From: Giardia intestinalis
Lineage: Eukaryota
Direction: 5' to 3' (one strand)
Assembly (NCBI GenBank): GCA_000002435.2
Contig: CM018789.1
Length of the DNA: 64,000 nt
A program made the position numbers and the translations under genes. A model generated the notes under the pieces. The model was not told the origin of the DNA. It worked only from the letters and a program-made list of their open reading frames with translations, and ran no database searches. This document shows, piece after piece, positions 57,030 to 64,000 of the stretch. Position 1 is the first letter of the stretch; every line of letters starts with the position of its first letter.

Positions 57030-58862
57030 ATGTTTCGGCCCGCCCCAGCATCCATTCCATTGGATTTGGCGATAGAGCTTTCTGCGCTTTACGCCGTTAG
57101 GCGAGCGAAACGCGAGGAAATATCTGGCCCAGTTCTTACCGTGATCCCCACACTACGAGAACTCGCTGTTGCTACAATGCTCGACAATCTGCTAGAAGCA
57201 GGGTCCGGGATGCTCACCCTCCCGGAACGCTATAAGGAGGATATGATCAGCATGCTCCCACTTGACGTACCATTGTCGCGGGTGTTTTGTATTACGGATG
57301 ACTCCTATTGGATTCGGCGCTATCGCTATGAGTTTGGATGCAGCGACTGTCTGCCACGGATTTCCGATCCGCGGGCATTTTACTTGGAGGCCCTTCTATC
57401 TAAGCTCTTGCTTGCTTCTTCCTTTAATGCAGCCGACTCTTTCGATGCAAACAAACAAGCAACTGAGGTGTTAGAACTAGGTGGACCAATTATTAAGCGG
57501 CTGATTCTGCATATCCAAGCCTGTGGGGTGGACCTTGGGGCTGTGTTTGCAAAACTCCCAAGCTTAGCACACATTCAAGTGATCTATGATATGCCCAACA
57601 TTCAACCCTCATCGTTATTGGGGAGCATAGACATGCATAAGCCGTCCACCTCTAATCTCCTTGCAACATCTGACACTCTGGTCATTAAGGGCAGGGCACT
57701 ACCCGAACTATCTCTTGATATTAAGGATCCAGCAGCACCCTTTCATAGGCTACCGGATTACAACCACTTGGGGATGCTACTGCATCGTGATGTCTGTGGA
57801 ACCACGATTCCTACGGGGTGCTTGCATGAAGCTAACAAGGCTATAGGCGGCACACCTGAAAGACTTGTCGAGCTTCTAGATACCTTCAGATACATCCAGT
57901 ATCCCCTACAGTCGATATCCATGGTCAGCTCAGCTCTGAATAGCGAAGCAGCATGCGTCTTGGCCAAGGGCCTCCAAGATATGTCCTTCAAATTGGCGTC
58001 AACAAGAGTAGGTCATCATCTGTCCATTGATTGCCTTGATTTATCTTATAACAACATAGGAGACGGTGCTATCCATGCTTTATCCAAGCTCTTCGTTGAT
58101 TCTGAAAAGCATAGCTTGCCTGCTATTCTTACATCTTTACGCCTCACGGCTAACCTGGTGACGAAAGCGGGATGCGTTTTTCTTGCCAAGGCAATCGGTC
58201 AGCCAAAGTCACGGCTACGAGCGCTTACCTTGAACGGAAATAGCATAGAGACGGATGGATATACATTGCTGGCCAACGGAATCCTGAAAGCGGCAATCAA
58301 ATACTCTAACAACCACTTGACTGATTTGGGCCTAGCCGCCTGCGGTATAGTACTGGACGCCTCTGCATTTAAGATAATTACCAAGTTTATTCAGCGCACC
58401 GCGCTTGAGTGCATTGATCTAGGAGGGAACGTGCTTATTGGATCGAGTGTGCAGCCTGCATACCCTGCCCGTTCTGAATCACCGATCTCTGCAAGTACCG
58501 AGACTAAGACGAGAACGGGCGATGTTAATCTTGAAGATACTGGCTCAGACACAATACTGGAGAATCTTTCCTCATCATCGAAGAAAGAGGAGAATCTCTT
58601 AATTGCAGAGTTCAAGGCTATTTTAGAGGCCCTGAGAGCACGCTATGATGCCTGCAAGTTTGAGAATGGCGTGTTCCAGGGCTGTGGAACCCCTTGTATA
58701 TTGACGCTTCCCGAGGACTTTGATATCATTCCGGAGAACCTGTACAGATCGCTTCATGAGATCAATCATCAAAGCAGCCTAGCTTTAAAGTGCATTGTAC
58801 GCACTCGAGAGGCCGCCTGTGAACCCGAGGATCTTCACAAGCCAGCAGTCGATATCCTTTAA
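57030..58862 (+). CDS. Leucine-rich repeat protein (ribonuclease-inhibitor-type LRRs)
   Basis: The ORF-track start at 57012 is TTG; the first ATG is at 57030 (MFRPAPASIPLDL). The central region carries RI-type LRR units (LDLSYNNIGDGAIHALSKL...LTSLRLTANLVTKAGCVFLAKAIGQPKSRLRALTLNGNSIETDGYTLLANGI...LTDLGLAACGI...CIDLGGNVL). Confidence 0.6.
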   Translation: MFRPAPASIPLDLAIELSALYAVRRAKREEISGPVLTVIPTLRELAVATMLDNLLEAGSGMLTLPERYKEDMISMLPLDVPLSRVFCITDDSYWIRRYRYEFGCSDCLPRISDPRAFYLEALLSKLLLASSFNAADSFDANKQATEVLELGGPIIKRLILHIQACGVDLGAVFAKLPSLAHIQVIYDMPNIQPSSLLGSIDMHKPSTSNLLATSDTLVIKGRALPELSLDIKDPAAPFHRLPDYNHLGMLLHRDVCGTTIPTGCLHEANKAIGGTPERLVELLDTFRYIQYPLQSISMVSSALNSEAACVLAKGLQDMSFKLASTRVGHHLSIDCLDLSYNNIGDGAIHALSKLFVDSEKHSLPAILTSLRLTANLVTKAGCVFLAKAIGQPKSRLRALTLNGNSIETDGYTLLANGILKAAIKYSNNHLTDLGLAACGIVLDASAFKIITKFIQRTALECIDLGGNVLIGSSVQPAYPARSESPISASTETKTRTGDVNLEDTGSDTILENLSSSSKKEENLLIAEFKAILEALRARYDACKFENGVFQGCGTPCILTLPEDFDIIPENLYRSLHEINHQSSLALKCIVRTREAACEPEDLHKPAVDIL

Positions 58863-58878
58863 AAAATCTTTGGGACAA

Positions 58879-60534
58879 ATGAAGTGTTCTGCTCGTCAGC
58901 GAGGCAAATCAGCGAAGACATCGACGCTTTCCTCCACCAGTAGCAACATTGCTAGGCCAGATACACATTTTGAAAACCTCGACTCCGTGTCCGGCTCCTC
59001 CGCCATTGATGCACTCGTCCATGACATGGCGGCCTTACAAACAACCCTTGCAGTTACAACAAGTCAGCTCAATATTTCCTCTAGTCAGCTACAGTCTAAG
59101 GAGCGCGAATTGGAACGAGTGCGCGGAAAGTTGCGCGACATGGAGAATAGCATATTAAACAACTCATATGCTCCCTCGACTGCTTGCAGCCATGAGGCTT
59201 CGACCACTTGTGAGGTGCTTATTGAGAAGATAGACAGCATATGCAATGCTTTAGGTGTGAAACCCATCTCCACGGCTTATGAGGAGAGTAAAGTCAGTAC
59301 TGATCACCACTTATCGGACTCGATTGCCAGCCAAGCTGAGCCCCTCCTCGTTCCACAATCTGTGCCGGCGAGTGGATCAGATGCGTATATCGATGATACG
59401 ATATCGACAATTCTCAAGGTGATAGAGGATAAATCCATGCAGATAAACTTTCTGGTCAACTCTCTTGATATTATTAACGCACAGCTCATCGAGGAGCGGC
59501 AAATATCGCGTAAGCTTGCAGACACTGTTTCTCAGCTGCAGAAAGACAATTCCGTGCCACCTGAAGGCCTTATCGAGTCTCAAGTTATTAGTGACTCAGA
59601 CAGTTCTTCTTTCCCAGCAATCTTAAATGGTTACCTCAAGATGACCAAGGACGAACTGCTCAGAGAGTTGCAAGATAAAGATGCACAGATCTCTAAGCTC
59701 CAGGAGACTCTTCACGGAAATGACCATCATTCTCCAATGACAGGAGGCGATGTAGATGCACCCTTGAGTCAAGAGCAATGCAGTGAGGAGTTCGGATCTA
59801 TCGCCTGTGGTACTCTCGATGAAGCTGAGCTCACCAGCACTATCAAAAAGTTTGTTGCAGAGTACCGAGCCATATCTGCATCAGCTTCTGTTACTATTCC
59901 GCATACTAACAGACTGTTAGATATGCTTTTAGATGCCATAAAACTGCGGACAATGTCGAGACACAAGCTCTCACCCAAAGAATTGGACAATGACATAGCA
60001 ACGATAGAGTCCAGCTTTGTTTTAAGACAGATGCGCATGAAGGACGAAGAGATAGCTCGGCTGAAGGAGCTCCTTCAGCAAAAGGAGTTCCAGCTCGACC
60101 AAGCCCTGCAGCAATCAGTCAAGTCACACAATGCTTCCAAAGAAAGCGGACTCGCTGAACACGTGAATATAGAACCAACTCCTAGATCGACTCAGGTCCA
60201 GAGGGGTACCTTTATTGGCGACAATTGCGACTTAATGCTAACGAATCCTCAAGAATCCTCTTCAAAAGGAATGGATAACTTGGGAACTGTTGTCCTTCCA
60301 GACCCGTCCTCTGCCAACGAAGCCGTTCTTATTAGCTTCTCAGCGCGGTTGAAGAAGGTGCCCATTCAAGACGTTAAGCATTATGGTGATCCCATATACA
60401 AGAGTAATGGGCTTACGATCGCATCTCGTGTCACTTTAGGGTCTCCACACAAGTCTCAACATAAGTCTGCACACCAAGCTGCAAATCTATACACCTCTGC
60501 TGGAGACCTTGCGCCTCAAGATCTAGAGATCTAG
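58879..60534 (+). CDS. Coiled-coil hypothetical protein of about 551 aa
   Basis: The ORF-track start at 58795 is TTG and overlaps the LRR gene. The first ATG, at 58879, lies 16 nt after the LRR stop (cctttaaaaaatctttgggacaaATG). Several long heptad stretches are present (QLQSKERELERVRGKLRDMENSI; EEIARLKELLQQKEFQLDQALQQ). Confidence 0.5.
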   Translation: MKCSARQRGKSAKTSTLSSTSSNIARPDTHFENLDSVSGSSAIDALVHDMAALQTTLAVTTSQLNISSSQLQSKERELERVRGKLRDMENSILNNSYAPSTACSHEASTTCEVLIEKIDSICNALGVKPISTAYEESKVSTDHHLSDSIASQAEPLLVPQSVPASGSDAYIDDTISTILKVIEDKSMQINFLVNSLDIINAQLIEERQISRKLADTVSQLQKDNSVPPEGLIESQVISDSDSSSFPAILNGYLKMTKDELLRELQDKDAQISKLQETLHGNDHHSPMTGGDVDAPLSQEQCSEEFGSIACGTLDEAELTSTIKKFVAEYRAISASASVTIPHTNRLLDMLLDAIKLRTMSRHKLSPKELDNDIATIESSFVLRQMRMKDEEIARLKELLQQKEFQLDQALQQSVKSHNASKESGLAEHVNIEPTPRSTQVQRGTFIGDNCDLMLTNPQESSSKGMDNLGTVVLPDPSSANEAVLISFSARLKKVPIQDVKHYGDPIYKSNGLTIASRVTLGSPHKSQHKSAHQAANLYTSAGDLAPQDLEI

Positions 60535-60572
60535 AGCTGTGAATATTAATTTGTCCTTTACTTACCCGCCAA

Positions 60573-62987
60573 TCAGTCTGCGTTCTCCTGATGATCGTCC
60601 AAGATAGTCAGGATTCGATCTGATTCCGTTTCTTGGAACGCGGTGGGTTGAACTCTACTCAGGATAAGATTGTCCTCAATCCCGTGGATTCTGTGTATGT
60701 ACACATCTCCGTTTTCGTAGCACACTGCAAACACTGGCACATGTTTGTTGCATGAGATAGCGCGGACGGAGATGGTCCTGGCTGCATTGGGGTCCGCGTC
60801 ACCCACTGCGCTGTTATCTGAATCCAGTTCTGTCGATTCCTCCTCAAGGTTGCTCCGCTGCTGTGTGTCTAGTGCAACGATTGGATCCAACACTAAAACA
60901 GGGGCAACTGAGGTGTCTGCGATATCCCAAATTTCCACTGAGCCTGCACGTGTACCACTTATTAAGCACGTAGATTTGAAGGGGCACCAGACGGCGGTAT
61001 ACACATGGTCGCCGGCCGTTGATTTAAGCGTCAAAAGAGCCGTAGGGGAGTCTACGTGCCAAATTTTGATTGACCTATCTGCCGATGCAGATAAGAAGAT
61101 GGTGGGGGCAGTAGGGTTTGCCTGAACCTTATAGATAGATGACAGATGGCCCGAGTAATTCATGAGGGTTTGCTCTGTGTATGCTCTGGATGCCTTGCGG
61201 ATCACGCCGTCGTCGCCTGAGACAAGGTAGTTTGTTCCATCACTTAAGAAACAGCTGCTGAGCGCAGAGCTTATCTTTCTTACAATGGTCATCCGCGTGT
61301 CGGCCTTAGACTTCTGGTCCACCTTCGTGGCCACTGGATGGTGCCCAACAGAGGTAAGCGTTAAGATATCTCGATGCTCAAAACTCCTCTTAAGACTGCG
61401 CTCCACAATCCGACCATCTGCAGCTGCGGATAGCAAGATATCATAGTCTGGAAGTCCTGATCCCTTTTCACCATCGTCTCCATCCACTTCTCTATTCAGG
61501 GACATCCCTGCACCTCCACCACCATTTGTGCTGGCCCAGATAACATCCCACACTCGCGATGTGTGCTTTCCGTTCGCGCTAGTAGACGTCAAAAGAGGCA
61601 TAACAAACCCTGCACTGTCGAGCTGGACCACCTCTTCCCTAAGGTCGAAGAGGCTGACGGCTCCATCAGTGAAGCCTACAGCGATAATTGATTTACCGAG
61701 GGGATACCAGGAGACGGCTGTCGGCTCACTTCTAGTATAAAGTATACGATTTGGATAAAAGGGGTTCTCTGGAATCCAAAGAACTATCGCGCCATAGTTC
61801 TCATCAAGGCCAGAACCAGCGTAGCCAACTATTAGCAGCCGCTCGTCTGCCGGGCAAAACTCGCAACAAACTGCACTCATCCCTCGAAGGACATCAGCGC
61901 GGTATGTCCACAGATGCTCTGTCCGGAGCCGTGACTCTGGTGATACAGCATTGGGCTTTTTCTCATCTCTGTCTTCCTCATCATCAATGCTATCGTCTCG
62001 CTTTAGCTGCTTTTTCTCCCATCCCTGGGAACTCTCCGCACTAGTGGAGGCCTCTGAACCTTCAGACAACTCATTGCTATTGTCCTGGTCAATACCCTCC
62101 ACAGAAAACTCTGCACGAAGGCGATTCTGATAGTTAATTGTGGGGTTATAAACGACATCTGCCGCTCTGTACAGGCTTACCCATGGGAATAATGGGTTTT
62201 GTAAGCAGAGAAGCTCAGCCAGATGTATCGCTCTCTTGAAGCCAGCATCGTTGAAGACCTTGTCTGCAATCTGGGCTATCTTCTTCTGACGGAGACGGTC
62301 GTCCATTCCCCGGTCTGTTTGGATGGAGGAGTGCATTGAGTTGGTTGCGGTTTCTTGAGTTGCGGCGGTGTATGCCGTTCCTGCATCTGAGACGGTGTCA
62401 TCGTTAGTGTAGACAGTCCCCGCATCTGATAACTTATCATCTTCCTGCATATTTCCTGTGCGCCTTTCTGTTCGACGAGCAGATTCTGCGGTAAAGTCGT
62501 CAGCACGTTCATCACCCAAATTGAGGGTTGACTGCTGCAGATTGTTCAGGTCTTCGTCTACACCTTGAACGATGGTATCATAAATGTCTGTGAAAGCCGC
62601 CTCCACCGCACAATCTGTGTGGGTTACAAGAGCGGTTGTAGTGAGCTTGGATTTGAGGAAAGGGGGAACCGTTTGGACCCCTGCTTCACACGTTGTGGTA
62701 GAATCCTCGTATCGTGCACAAGCAGATGCATATTCATTGTTACGGCGTTTAATAATGACTGCCTCGTTTGAATCTTGCGAGAAGACTCGGGGCTTTTGGG
62801 AGAAGACAATATTTGTGGCTGTGGGTGTAAGCAGAACCGTCTCTGCGGCGTCCGGATTGGGGATAAAAAGTTGCCCTCTATAGACAGAAACCTGTATGAC
62901 TCGGGCATCAGATAGCCTTTCCTTCGCCTTTGCTGCCTCATCGAGGTCATCAAGGTCTGAAAAAGAACGGCTGAAAGACTCTGCCAT
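60573..62987 (-). CDS. WD40-repeat protein of 804 aa resembling dynein intermediate chains
   Basis: ATG at 62985-62987. The N-terminal third is acidic and low-complexity. The C-terminal two-thirds carry WD blades (HLWTYRADVLRGMSAVCCEFCPADERLLIVGYAGS...GAIVLWIPENPF...PTAVSWYPLGKSIIAVGFTDGAVSLFDLRE...RVWDVIW...SIKIWHVDS...GSVEIWDI), whose order and spacing resemble dynein IC/WDR34/WDR60-type proteins. Confidence 0.45.
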   Translation of the reverse strand: MAESFSRSFSDLDDLDEAAKAKERLSDARVIQVSVYRGQLFIPNPDAAETVLLTPTATNIVFSQKPRVFSQDSNEAVIIKRRNNEYASACARYEDSTTTCEAGVQTVPPFLKSKLTTTALVTHTDCAVEAAFTDIYDTIVQGVDEDLNNLQQSTLNLGDERADDFTAESARRTERRTGNMQEDDKLSDAGTVYTNDDTVSDAGTAYTAATQETATNSMHSSIQTDRGMDDRLRQKKIAQIADKVFNDAGFKRAIHLAELLCLQNPLFPWVSLYRAADVVYNPTINYQNRLRAEFSVEGIDQDNSNELSEGSEASTSAESSQGWEKKQLKRDDSIDDEEDRDEKKPNAVSPESRLRTEHLWTYRADVLRGMSAVCCEFCPADERLLIVGYAGSGLDENYGAIVLWIPENPFYPNRILYTRSEPTAVSWYPLGKSIIAVGFTDGAVSLFDLREEVVQLDSAGFVMPLLTSTSANGKHTSRVWDVIWASTNGGGGAGMSLNREVDGDDGEKGSGLPDYDILLSAAADGRIVERSLKRSFEHRDILTLTSVGHHPVATKVDQKSKADTRMTIVRKISSALSSCFLSDGTNYLVSGDDGVIRKASRAYTEQTLMNYSGHLSSIYKVQANPTAPTIFLSASADRSIKIWHVDSPTALLTLKSTAGDHVYTAVWCPFKSTCLISGTRAGSVEIWDIADTSVAPVLVLDPIVALDTQQRSNLEEESTELDSDNSAVGDADPNAARTISVRAISCNKHVPVFAVCYENGDVYIHRIHGIEDNLILSRVQPTAFQETESDRILTILDDHQENAD

Positions 62988-63142
62988 TTTGGAGCAGCGG
63001 GCTTCGACAAATCACAAGGTTTTTTGGGATAAGTTGCACACCTCTAGGCTCAGCACCAAAATACGCGCCTCAGAAGGCGGCAAGCCGATCACGTAGGCGA
63101 TTAAAAGGCTCTAGTATTTACTTGGATCTGAAAATCCCTGAA

Positions 63143-64000
63143 TTAAAAGAGGCTGCTGAGGTCCTCGGGAAGGTTTTCAGTCGTGACGTTGAACTTATCA
63201 GTGATTGCCTGCATGCTCTGCTTATCCTTGTCTGTTACAAAATTGATAGCAACACCCTTTCTTCCGAAGCGCCCAGACCTGCCGATACGGTGCAGGTACG
63301 TCTCGGGCTCTCTTGGTATGTCATAGTTGATTACCAGGGAGACGTTCTGAACATCAATACCACGTGCAATGATATTAGTAGCGATGAGGATGCGCGTCTG
63401 GCCAGAGCGGAACTCTCCCATAATCTTATTGCGCTCGGCCTGGTCAAGCTCGGAGTGAATACAGGAGAGCGTGTGACCAGCACTCTTCAGCTTCTCTGCG
63501 AGCTCCTTCACGCGCCCAATGGAATTACAAAAGATAACGCCCTGCTGTACGCTCAGAACTTTGTATATGTCCTCGACAACCTCTGTCTTCCAGGCGTCCT
63601 GCAGCTCGACCACATACTGCCTGATCCCGTCGAGGGTGAGCTCAGCCTCCTTGACGAGGATGCTCACGGGATCCCTCATGAATTGCCTGGTCAGCTCGAG
63701 GATCTCGGGGGGAAGCGTGGCCGAGACAAGCACGATCTGAATGTCGGCATTCATGAACTTCATGATCGAGACTATCTGCTCAGTGAACCCCCTGGATAGC
63801 ATCTCGTCGGCCTCATCAAGGACCACCATCTTCACATTGGAGGTAGTCACGTATTTTTTCTGTAGGAGAGAAAGAAGTCGGCCTGGTGTCGCGACAATCA
63901 GATGGCACGACTGCGCAGCCGCAATGTCATCGTCGACCTGTGTGCCTCCAATGCACTGGGCAACCTGGACCTTGAGGCGAGACCCAATTCCGTCGACAAC
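63143..64000 (-). CDS. eIF4A: Eukaryotic initiation factor 4A (DEAD-box RNA helicase), 5-prime truncated by the window edge
   Basis: TAA at 63143-63145. The ORF-track start at 63850 is an internal GTG. I translated the frame out to position 64000 and it stays open (VQVACIGGTQV...HLIVATPGRLLSLL...KMVVLDEADEMLSRGF). The rest aligns closely with eIF4A: VLVSATLPPEILELTRQFMRDPVSILVK, GIRQYVV, VIFCNS, EFRSGQTRILIATNIIARGIDVQNVSLVINYD and HRIGRSGRFGRKGVAINFVT. AGTAAAT occurs about 20 nt after the stop. Confidence 0.9.
   Translation of the reverse strand, partial: VVDGIGSRLKVQVAQCIGGTQVDDDIAAAQSCHLIVATPGRLLSLLQKKYVTTSNVKMVVLDEADEMLSRGFTEQIVSIMKFMNADIQIVLVSATLPPEILELTRQFMRDPVSILVKEAELTLDGIRQYVVELQDAWKTEVVEDIYKVLSVQQGVIFCNSIGRVKELAEKLKSAGHTLSCIHSELDQAERNKIMGEFRSGQTRILIATNIIARGIDVQNVSLVINYDIPREPETYLHRIGRSGRFGRKGVAINFVTDKDKQSMQAITDKFNVTTENLPEDLSSLF

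Noticed and set aside
63122-63799. 225-aa plus-strand ORF
   Set aside because: It is antisense to eIF4A, whose frame matches the family almost residue-for-residue.

Overview
This window is almost fully coding and looks like a very compact, intron-poor eukaryotic genome of about 46-48% GC. Genes alternate between strands with spacers of 0-200 bp. There are very short A/T-rich initiator tracts right before ATGs, and several AGTRAAY-like motifs just after stops (for example AGTAAAC after the HMG-box gene and AGTAAAT after eIF4A). Together these features suggest a diplomonad such as Giardia, but this is an inference and was not checked against a database. The window holds about 32 protein-coding genes. 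The more securely identified ones include a roughly 4200-aa BEACH/WD40/FYVE-like protein, the PP2A B55 subunit, a WIPI/Atg18 PROPPIN, eIF4A (cut off at the right edge), a cyclin, a WD40 dynein-intermediate-chain-like protein, an AGXT-family aminotransferase, adenylate kinase, a CDF metal transporter and GPI mannosyltransferase PIG-M; the features list gives the rest. The supplied ORF track uses GTG/TTG as start codons, so many starts were moved to the first in-frame ATG behind an A/T-rich tract. No rRNA, complete tRNA, CRISPR array or transposon could be supported from the sequence. The most unusual features are four. First, a roughly 1.6-kb GC-rich island (about 60% GC) with no long ORF at 15000-16620. 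Second, a same-strand ribokinase / glucosamine-6-phosphate deaminase / transporter cluster in which the two enzymes are bacterial-type and GC-elevated. Third, two unusually long non-coding spacers. Fourth, an upstream ORF that a 28-nt deletion would join in frame to its downstream gene.
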